A DNA stretch of 64,000 nt, taken from positions 1 through 64,000 of IMG/VR virus record IMGVR_UViG_3300001336_000010; one strand, given 5' to 3'. This document shows, one piece after another, positions 56,847-64,000 of the stretch. The notes under the pieces are model-generated. The model ran no database searches, was not told where the DNA came from, and worked only from the letters and a program-made list of their open reading frames with translations. The stretch is from a virus. The position numbers and the translations under genes were made by a program. The number at the start of each line of letters is the position of its first letter. Position 1 is the first letter of the stretch.

Positions 56847-57269
56847 ATGGCGATTATCGGTCAGGGGATCTCCCTGCGTGGGATGACCCACGAAAAATTT
56901 CACTATCCGTTCTACCTGGTTGCAGGGATCACGAGCGCGGACGTCGGCAAGGCTGTCGCGATTGACACCTCGGCTGCAAATACCGTGAAGCTGGCCGGCG
57001 ACGGTGAGCAGGTCATCGGCAACCTCGTTGTTGTTGAAGACCGAGGTGTCGAGGGCGTCCTGGTGGGCACGATCGCTCTGCGTGGTGGTTTCCGTTTCCA
57101 GGAAGTCGACACACCGGCACTGGCCCTGGCCATCGGCGACACAGTCGTTGGCGCTGGCGACGGCGAGGTGCGCGCTCGTACCAATGCCGCAGGTGACGCC
57201 AAAGAGGCCGATCACTCGGACAACATCGTCGTCGACGTTGACGGCACCAACATCACAATCGTGCGCTAA
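56847..57269 (+). CDS. Capsid decoration/cement protein
   Basis: Small beta-rich protein between scaffold and major capsid genes. Confidence 0.65.
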   Translation: MAIIGQGISLRGMTHEKFHYPFYLVAGITSADVGKAVAIDTSAANTVKLAGDGEQVIGNLVVVEDRGVEGVLVGTIALRGGFRFQEVDTPALALAIGDTVVGAGDGEVRARTNAAGDAKEADHSDNIVVDVDGTNITIVR

Positions 57270-57283
57270 GGGAGACACAGCAC

Positions 57284-58474
57284 ATGAAACATTTCGATCT
57301 TACTGGTGTGCGCAAAACGCCTGTCGAGAACGTGCTGGCCGCTCTGAAAGCGGAAAGCGCTCACGACTCGCGTGAAGCCGGCGCCAAGCTGATTGCCCAA
57401 GCCCGGGACGTCGGCCTGAACCTTCGCGACTATCTTACCCTCGCGATCGACACCCGGGCAGGGGAACACAAGGAGCGTTTCGGCGCTGCCAACCTGAACG
57501 GCTACGAAGCCGCTTTGGATTACCTGAACCTGCCCTTCCACAATGACCTCGAGCAGGGTGTCCTGCTGCAGGCCGCGTCGGAAACCTTCCAGACATTCCC
57601 CGGCACCCGGGCGCTGTTCCCCGAAGTCGTGGACGACATGCTGCGCTGGCAGAACCGCCAGGAGCAGTTCGAGAACACCGACGCTCTGGTGGGCCAGTCC
57701 CGCACGATCTCGGGTATCGAGATGGTCTCGACCGTGGTCCTGGACGACAGTGAAGAGCGCGACACGTATATCGTGCCGGAACTCGCCAACATCCCTGTCC
57801 GCACGATCCGCACCAGCGAGACGTCGGTGAAGATGTTCAAGCACGGTTCGGCCTATCGTACGTCGTACGAGTTCAACCGTCGTGCCTCGTTGGACATTCT
57901 GACCCCGTTCGCCACGCGCGTTCAGCGTCAGCTGGAGATCTCGAAGGTCACGGCTGCAATCTCCGTCCTGGTCAACGGCGACGGCGTCAACGGCGCGGCT
58001 CCCACGGAAGACCTGTCGGCCTACGGCGCAGACTTCTCGGGCGGCAAGAGCCTGAAGGACAACTATCGCGCCCTGGCGAAGTTCCTGATGTCCCGTGCCC
58101 GCAACGGCAACCCAGTGGATACCCTTGTTGGCAACTTCGACACCTATGTCGAGCTGATGTTCATGTTCATGCCGACCTTGAACAACGCGAACAGCTCGGA
58201 CGCAGAAGCTCTCGCCTCCATGGGTGGTCCCAGCCTGCAGCTGCCGATCATGGGCGGTACCGTTCGCTTCGCAGTCGCTTCGGCAATGCCCGCGAACCGC
58301 CTGATGGCCTTCTCGAAGGGTGAAACCCTGGAAGAGCTGGTCGAGGCTGGTGCTGCGATCTCGGAGAACGAGCGTTCGATCACCAACCAGGCGCTGACGT
58401 ACGTGCGCTCGGAAGTGACTGGCTACAAGCTGGCGTTCGGCGATACCCGCACGATTCTGCGCACCAACGCCTAA
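57284..58474 (+). CDS. Major capsid protein
   Basis: 396 aa, strongly biased codons, followed by a terminator; position. Confidence 0.8.
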   Translation: MKHFDLTGVRKTPVENVLAALKAESAHDSREAGAKLIAQARDVGLNLRDYLTLAIDTRAGEHKERFGAANLNGYEAALDYLNLPFHNDLEQGVLLQAASETFQTFPGTRALFPEVVDDMLRWQNRQEQFENTDALVGQSRTISGIEMVSTVVLDDSEERDTYIVPELANIPVRTIRTSETSVKMFKHGSAYRTSYEFNRRASLDILTPFATRVQRQLEISKVTAAISVLVNGDGVNGAAPTEDLSAYGADFSGGKSLKDNYRALAKFLMSRARNGNPVDTLVGNFDTYVELMFMFMPTLNNANSSDAEALASMGGPSLQLPIMGGTVRFAVASAMPANRLMAFSKGETLEELVEAGAAISENERSITNQALTYVRSEVTGYKLAFGDTRTILRTNA

Positions 58475-58495
58475 ACCCAGCTGGTCTGGACATAT

Positions 58496-58527
58496 AGGCC
58501 CACCCGCGCCCGTGGGTGGGCCTTTTT
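58496..58527 (+). terminator. Intrinsic terminator
   Basis: AGGCCCACCC-loop-GGGTGGGCCT-TTTT. Confidence 0.9.
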
Positions 58528-58543
58528 CGTAAAGGATGGAACC

Positions 58544-58867
58544 ATGAAAGTAATCGCGAAGACCACCGGGCCGTTCATGTTGATGGACACCCAGACGAAC
58601 GACCTCCTGGTCGACTACGAACCCCGGGTCGTCACCTGGACCCAGTTCAAGGAAGCCAGGTCGGGAAAGGGCCAGATCAAGTCCCTGGCGTCGAACCTGC
58701 CCAACGAGGCGAATGACGCGGATTTCCAGGAATACCTGGCCGAAGCCGGCGATGAAGACTTGGCTGTGGCGTCCTATGTTTCCGCTTTGAGCCCGGAGCC
58801 CGAACCCAAGCCGAAGCCGAAACCGAAGCGGGCAACCAAGCAGACTCCGGCCGAGACGGGGGAGTAA
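58544..58867 (+). CDS. Hypothetical virion-module protein
   Basis: Follows the capsid gene. Confidence 0.6.
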   Translation: MKVIAKTTGPFMLMDTQTNDLLVDYEPRVVTWTQFKEARSGKGQIKSLASNLPNEANDADFQEYLAEAGDEDLAVASYVSALSPEPEPKPKPKPKRATKQTPAETGE

Positions 58868-58870
58868 ACC

Positions 58871-59578
58871 ATGTGGTTCACCGCCAATGAGGACGTCACA
58901 CTGACGATCGAGTTCAAGGTCAATGGCGATTACGTCATCCCGACGGAGGCCACGGCCACCGTTCGGGATGCGGAGGGCGCCCCGATCAGTGGGCTCGAAG
59001 ATATCTCACTGGCGGTGGGTTCCACCAATGCACCCCTGGTTATCCCCGCGGTGCATAACATGGTCACCCCTGGGAACTCTTTCGAGACGCGGTTTGTCAC
59101 TGTGGGGTTCGTTCACAACACGCGGCACTGGCGGATCTCAAAAAGCTACAGGATCAGCCCGCTCCTGCTGATGACCACCGGGCCGGATGACGTGCGACGG
59201 GAGCTGGGTCTGGATGGCTCCGAGCTGCCCGACGAGGATATCGATCTTACCAGTGCCTACCTGCGACTTGAGGATGAGCTCGGCAGCATATTCACCGAGG
59301 CCCTCAAGTCTGGAAACTCCAAGGCCATTTCCGCAAACCGGGCCATCTCCCTTCGGGCGGCGCTAGATATCGTGGACAGCCTACCCTTCCGTGTGGCTGT
59401 CAAGATGAAAGCCGAGGACAGCTCCATTGATCGGATGAAGGAGTTCGACGTGGCGATGATAAGGCTACGTCTGGGCCAGCGACTTTCCGAAATGACCGAC
59501 CATCTAGAGAATTTCACTGACACTGGGCGCACCTCCTTCGTGGTTGGAACACCAACAGACGCCATAACGGGAGCCTAA
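58871..59578 (+). CDS. Putative head-tail adaptor
   Basis: Position; DVRRELGLDGSELPDEDI. Confidence 0.55.
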   Translation: MWFTANEDVTLTIEFKVNGDYVIPTEATATVRDAEGAPISGLEDISLAVGSTNAPLVIPAVHNMVTPGNSFETRFVTVGFVHNTRHWRISKSYRISPLLLMTTGPDDVRRELGLDGSELPDEDIDLTSAYLRLEDELGSIFTEALKSGNSKAISANRAISLRAALDIVDSLPFRVAVKMKAEDSSIDRMKEFDVAMIRLRLGQRLSEMTDHLENFTDTGRTSFVVGTPTDAITGA

Positions 59579-59579
59579 C

Positions 59580-60098
59580 ATGCACCGCAAGATGCGAGAT
59601 CGCTTCTCGGTCACCATGCGCACCCGAGAAGGACACCAGTTCAACGCTCAGTTCGGAGACCCAGGGGCCTACCCCCGGCCGCGAAAGGAGATCCAAAACC
59701 TTCCCCACAGAGCTGTGGTTACCCACCGCGACTCTGTGGCCAAGGCTGGCGATCTTGTGGTCTACGATGGCGTTGAATATCTTCTATGCGGTCAGCACGT
59801 CATGGCCAACCTGAAGCGGTTTCTGGCTGTGGAGATCAATGCCAGGGTGCGTTGGGTGCGCGCTGGAGACGTCATTGACCCCGTCACTCTGATGAAACGC
59901 TCCTGGGATGAGGTAGAACTTGATCCCCAGTTGAGTGTCACCCGAGAACCAGGACGGGCTTTCGAGGAAGCCGATTTCAAGATGTCGCAGAACCGTATGT
60001 TCACCTATGCCGATGTGCAGCTGGGAGACCGTCTGGATGACATGAAGGTGATCCTGGTCGAAGATCTATTCGGGATCCGCATGCTAGAGGTCGCCTAA
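59580..60098 (+). CDS. Putative head-closure protein
   Basis: Position. Confidence 0.5.
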   Translation: MHRKMRDRFSVTMRTREGHQFNAQFGDPGAYPRPRKEIQNLPHRAVVTHRDSVAKAGDLVVYDGVEYLLCGQHVMANLKRFLAVEINARVRWVRAGDVIDPVTLMKRSWDEVELDPQLSVTREPGRAFEEADFKMSQNRMFTYADVQLGDRLDDMKVILVEDLFGIRMLEVA

Positions 60099-60829
60099 TG
60101 GCCAACCCAAACGCCCAGAAGTTTGCTGCCATGAGACAGCAGGTCGCGGGAACCCTCCAGAACTCCTTCAATCGAAGCACGGAAGAAATCCGCCTGAGCA
60201 TTACTCGGCAGATCCAGCAGTATGCCCGGGATTTCTACAAAGGCATGTTGGGCGAAGGCCTGGCCCAAGAGTCCCAGTTCTATTCGCCCCTGAGTGCCAG
60301 ATACCAGGCTCGGAAGGACCGACTAACCGGCAGCAAAACCGGCCGGGGGTTCTACGAGTTCTCAGGGGGCTTGAAAAGATCGCTCCTGAAGCGCGACCCA
60401 ATGGCCGACTTCGGGGTGCCAGAGGTCAACTACGTCTCGCAGTTCGGCAATAAAACCAGATCTGGATACAAAGCCGCAGGGCCAAACCTTTTCCGGGATC
60501 CTAAAGGCAGGTTCGCCAGCCCTGGCGCTGCTCTTGATCTGTTCGCTGTCCTTGGGGTGGAGCTCTTTCCCAAACTCGTGGGTAAGAACAAGGGGGCGAT
60601 ACTGGGCATTTATCCTAATGTGAAAACCCGCGTCACGCTGGCCCAACGTGGCCGAAAGGCTACCACCTACAAATACACCCGAGCAGGTCTGCGCACCCGC
60701 CTCGAGATGATGGAGTATGGCCACGGAGGGAAGCCCCCACCACGGCCGCTCTTGTTCGAGTATATGCGCCGGTACCGCGGGGTTCGGCTGAAGAGCAAGA
60801 TCGAAGCAATCATGAATAGAGGTTTCTGA
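60098..60829 (+). CDS. Putative neck/tail-completion protein
   Basis: Basic; PLSARYQARK...SGGLK...PPRPL. Confidence 0.55.
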   Translation: MANPNAQKFAAMRQQVAGTLQNSFNRSTEEIRLSITRQIQQYARDFYKGMLGEGLAQESQFYSPLSARYQARKDRLTGSKTGRGFYEFSGGLKRSLLKRDPMADFGVPEVNYVSQFGNKTRSGYKAAGPNLFRDPKGRFASPGAALDLFAVLGVELFPKLVGKNKGAILGIYPNVKTRVTLAQRGRKATTYKYTRAGLRTRLEMMEYGHGGKPPPRPLLFEYMRRYRGVRLKSKIEAIMNRGF

Positions 60830-61272
60830 TGTTCCCGACCCAGTACCACAACATCCAATCGTCATTGCTGCGCTTCTGCAGTCAGTTCCGCCTCGACATG
60901 GCCGCAAAGGGGGTCTCCCTGGAGACCGTGAACATGGACGCGCATACAGATGAGAGCGAATGGCCGGAGGGGGATTTCATCGGGGTAGGGGAGTCTGAGA
61001 TCCTGATCGAAGAGACATACTCAGGGTCGTGCTTCTTTGCCCTCTCCACCTTGGATGACACCAACCTCTATCGTATGGGTCAGTTGATGAAGGAGCTGTC
61101 CTCCAGGCTGCTGCCGAACAGGAGCATCCCCGTCTATGATACAGAGACGGGGATGCAAATCGGGAGCATTTTCGTATTGCAGGGAACGAAGATCGAAGCG
61201 CCGATGCCGACAAAGACCCAGCCGATCCAGCCCATCCTCGTCAACTACGAGACGGACCTCCGTTCCTTTTGA
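60829..61272 (+). CDS. Putative tail terminator
   Basis: Position before the tail tube gene. Confidence 0.5.
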   Translation: MFPTQYHNIQSSLLRFCSQFRLDMAAKGVSLETVNMDAHTDESEWPEGDFIGVGESEILIEETYSGSCFFALSTLDDTNLYRMGQLMKELSSRLLPNRSIPVYDTETGMQIGSIFVLQGTKIEAPMPTKTQPIQPILVNYETDLRSF

Positions 61273-61429
61273 GGACTTCCAGATCGCTTTCGACGTTCGC
61301 GTCGATTGCGCTCTCCAACAGGACACCAATCTCACCGTTGCGCGCCCGACGATTGAGCTTGGCGCGGGCGTCAATTTGATCGACCAGCCGTTTTGGGAGT
61401 CGGATGGTGAATGCCTTCAAGTCGTCCAT
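61241..61429 (-). CDS. Arc-like ribbon-helix-helix DNA-binding protein
   Basis: FTIRLPKRLVDQIDARAKLNRRARNGEI; RBS AGGAG. Confidence 0.85.
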   Translation of the reverse strand: MDDLKAFTIRLPKRLVDQIDARAKLNRRARNGEIGVLLESAIDANVESDLEVLKRNGGPSRS

Positions 61430-61546
61430 GGTTTTCTCCTAATTTGGACTTTAGATACACTGAAAATAACCTGAAAGAACCTTTGTGTCGACCCTGGTTT
61501 GAAAGTAATGTCTGGTTCAAATTCAAGTCAAACAGGAGATTGACCC

Positions 61547-62311
61547 ATGGCCGGTGAAGCCAAAACCTCTGCCTTTATGCTCGGCACCGCAACCGTGATG
61601 CTGGGTATGCCCGACAAGCTTTTCGATCTGAACCCCGAGGACCACAGCATCGGCCTGGTCAAGAATTTTCGCATCACTGCGGAACCCAGCTACACTGATC
61701 TGACCCAAGGGGTCCGCAACCAGATCGTTTACTCGGTGATGACCGGGAACATGGTCAAGGCTGCGATGGAGACCTACGAATACACGGGCAGCAACATCGC
61801 CTACTCGCTGGGCCTGGAAGGCGCAGGGTTTACCGGTCAGACCGAAGAAACCAACGTCACGACCGCCTCGATCGCTGATGCCACTGATCTGGCCGTTGAT
61901 GACGAGAGCGGTTTCGCTGTCGGCGACTGGGTCATGATCTCGGGTTCGACCAATGATCGTGTCCAGGTGCGCAAGTTGACCGCGGCTTCCACTGGCTCCC
62001 TTGAGTTCGCTCAGCCTCTGCTGTTGCCCGTCGCCGCTGGCGCGGTGGTCCAGAAGGCCAACGCAATCGGTGTGGGTTCCAAAGCCGAACAGCCCTTCCT
62101 CTCCGCGAAGATTGTGGGTGTCCTGGCCGACGGCACCGAAGTGGTGCTGCTGTGCCCGAAGGTCCGGATCACCAACGGTTTCTCGCTGGGCTTCACAACC
62201 GAGAACTTCGACAATCTGCCGTACGAATTCACGTTCTACGACCAGGTGGCCTCGGACCCCTTCTTCACCGAGTTCGCTGGTGAACAGGCGAAGCTTCTCA
62301 CCACGAAGTAA
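61547..62311 (+). CDS. Major tail tube protein
   Basis: Position before chaperones and tape measure; strong RBS and codon bias. Confidence 0.75.
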   Translation: MAGEAKTSAFMLGTATVMLGMPDKLFDLNPEDHSIGLVKNFRITAEPSYTDLTQGVRNQIVYSVMTGNMVKAAMETYEYTGSNIAYSLGLEGAGFTGQTEETNVTTASIADATDLAVDDESGFAVGDWVMISGSTNDRVQVRKLTAASTGSLEFAQPLLLPVAAGAVVQKANAIGVGSKAEQPFLSAKIVGVLADGTEVVLLCPKVRITNGFSLGFTTENFDNLPYEFTFYDQVASDPFFTEFAGEQAKLLTTK

Positions 62312-62386
62312 TCGAACTGGTGTATTGCTTGATCGCTGCGTATGTTTTATTACAGGCGCAGCGATTTTAATTTGAGGTAGACACCT

Positions 62387-62776
62387 ATGACGCAAGAGAA
62401 ACCCCAGCACACCTTTACAATTACTGTGGATGGACAGCCGAAGGACATCAAGATGACCTTCGGGCTGTTGAACCAGCTGGTCCGCACGATCGGGGACATC
62501 GAGTCCGTCGCGGACATCAGCTTCGATATTGAGCTGCGGGAGGCCCTCTTGCAGGAGTGCCTGGCCCCCCGGGACGAGAACGGCCGCATCGAAAAAGAGG
62601 TCAACCTCTTCCTGATCGACGTGAACCCTGATGATGTCATCGACCTTCTGGATTGGGTGGGGGCGCACGTCACCGATTTTTTGCTGGCGCAGATGACGCG
62701 CGCGAAAGAGATGATGGAGCACCGCAGCGATCAGGTGAAAGCCCTGATGCCTACATCAACTGGTACTCCAGCCTAA
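62387..62776 (+). CDS. Tail assembly chaperone (G)
   Basis: Between tube and tape measure genes; contains slippery T TTT TTG at 62677-62683. Confidence 0.75.
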   Translation: MTQEKPQHTFTITVDGQPKDIKMTFGLLNQLVRTIGDIESVADISFDIELREALLQECLAPRDENGRIEKEVNLFLIDVNPDDVIDLLDWVGAHVTDFLLAQMTRAKEMMEHRSDQVKALMPTSTGTPA

Positions 62777-63042
62777 ATTTTTCGGAGGCACTCGTCCTGG
62801 CTTTTGGATGTGTGCCTTCGGAACTCGACAAGATGTACTGGGTCTACACTTTGGACGACTTGAAGACCAAGACGCGGTTGTTCTTGTCGGACAAGCAGGC
62901 TCAGGCGGCTCAGGATTTCCAGAACCTCGCTCTGGTGGCGAGACAACTTTTCGGTGGAAAGTCTGATAAACCGACCGAGGAAATTGAAGTCCCGAAGAAC
63001 ATCCACGAGATGAAGTCGGCTTTCAACAAAGTATTCGGATAA
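62677..63042 (+). CDS. Tail assembly chaperone extension (GT) via -1 frameshift
   Basis: The -1 frame is open from the heptamer to TAA at 63042. Confidence 0.7.
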   Translation, partial: FFAGADDARERDDGAPQRSGESPDAYINWYSSLNFSEALVLAFGCVPSELDKMYWVYTLDDLKTKTRLFLSDKQAQAAQDFQNLALVARQLFGGKSDKPTEEIEVPKNIHEMKSAFNKVFG

Positions 63043-63113
63043 GTAAACCACCATGAACCACTTAGGAGAGGTAAGTATGGGGGGATATTCGCCCTCATTC
63101 GGACCTCTCCTTC

Positions 63114-64000
63114 ATGGCAACTGGCAATAACTCAGGGAACGGATCGACGCGCCTCGAGATAGGCCCGTCCACCCGATCTCAATCTGACATCCAAAAGTTC
63201 CTGACGGTCCTCCGAAATATCGAGAAGACCGTCTCGGAGACGACTGCCAAGTTCAACCTCATGGGGTTGGGGCTGGACCGATCGTCCAAGACTCTGGGAG
63301 AAATGAAAGCCCAGATGCAGCAGTTCAAGCTGCTGTCTCAGAGCATCGAACGCAACTCCATTATGCAGTCCCCTGGCAGGTATTTTCAGGGCCAGCAGTT
63401 CCAGGCTGCACAACGGGTCGAGCGGACCTCACGGCTCGGAACCAATACCGGGCAGGAGATAGCCCTCCAGAAAGAAGGTCTTGCTCTCGCGAAGGAGGGC
63501 GCACGGTATTACCGTCAGCGCAACATGCAGCAGCGGGTGTTCAATCTTGACCTGCAGGCTACCACCGAGAGCTTCCGCAAGATCCAGACCATTCAGAAGG
63601 CCCGCCAGATCAGCGAAGCGGCCCTGGTGCGTATGGGGGGAGAGGTTCAGCAGGGCAACACGGCTGCCGCCCGGGCCTCTGAGCGCCTCCACCGTCTCGC
63701 CGAAGCGCGGGTGCGTATGCTCCAGAACGAGGCCAAGGTTGCCAAGGATCTGACACGAGAGACCGAGAAACGCGCTGCAGCCATACGAAAGTCGGCTCTG
63801 GGCGATCGTCAGCTGGAGGAAGCCAAGCGCCAGGAGCGCCGCCGCATGATCAACGGCGACGGCGGTGCCAGCCTGTTCATGATCCAGGCCAGCATCATGG
63901 CGAACTATGTTGCCATGAATGCCTTGCGGCAGTCGGTCACAGGGGGCATCGAATTCGCGGGTCAGCTGGACGAGAGCCTGCGAAACCTCCAGGCGATCAC
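63114..64000 (+). CDS. Tape measure protein (N-terminal part, runs off window)
   Basis: Open from ATG 63114 to the window end; helical, Gln/Arg/Ala-rich; follows the G/GT genes. Confidence 0.8.
   Translation, partial: MATGNNSGNGSTRLEIGPSTRSQSDIQKFLTVLRNIEKTVSETTAKFNLMGLGLDRSSKTLGEMKAQMQQFKLLSQSIERNSIMQSPGRYFQGQQFQAAQRVERTSRLGTNTGQEIALQKEGLALAKEGARYYRQRNMQQRVFNLDLQATTESFRKIQTIQKARQISEAALVRMGGEVQQGNTAAARASERLHRLAEARVRMLQNEAKVAKDLTRETEKRAAAIRKSALGDRQLEEAKRQERRRMINGDGGASLFMIQASIMANYVAMNALRQSVTGGIEFAGQLDESLRNLQAI

Noticed and set aside
1-64000. tRNA/rRNA genes, IS transposases, base-modification (7-deazaguanine or Z) pathways
   Set aside because: None recognised by eye; tRNAscan-SE, Infernal and HMM searches would be needed to exclude them

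Overview
The whole window is part of a GC-rich tailed (siphovirus-type) bacteriophage genome. The host is most likely an alphaproteobacterium of the Rhodobacteraceae type, inferred from host-like GapR, MucR, RadC and xis/integrase genes. Layout: (1) 1-9938, + strand: 3' part of a very long repeat-rich tail fibre/tip gene, fibre accessory genes, phoH, an HTH-metallophosphoesterase and a lysis cassette, ending at a bidirectional terminator. (2) 9962-27203, - strand: nucleotide metabolism and replication (nrdA/B, MazG-like, thyX, dNMP kinase, SbcC/D, exonuclease, resolvase, GapR, PolA, SSB, SNF2 helicase). (3) 27212-44604, - strand: mosaic early/accessory region of small genes, many with deletion scars. 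It includes a dead integrase with xis, a truncated MucR, a captured C5 methyltransferase with a restriction-enzyme remnant, DNA ligase, HD, JAB/RadC and a T7 0.7-like kinase. (4) 44640-47200: mostly non-coding hub with tandem repeats, cruciforms and an AT-rich tract. (5) primase-helicase, then a + strand virion module from terminase to the start of the tape measure gene. Two repeated cis-elements stand out. An ATCC-loop-GGAT hairpin encloses the Shine-Dalgarno exactly 3 nt before the start codon of ten early/middle genes (candidate translational regulon), and the palindrome ATTTC-NN-GAAAT recurs at eight mostly intergenic sites. All protein calls come from motif recognition by eye; no database searches were run.
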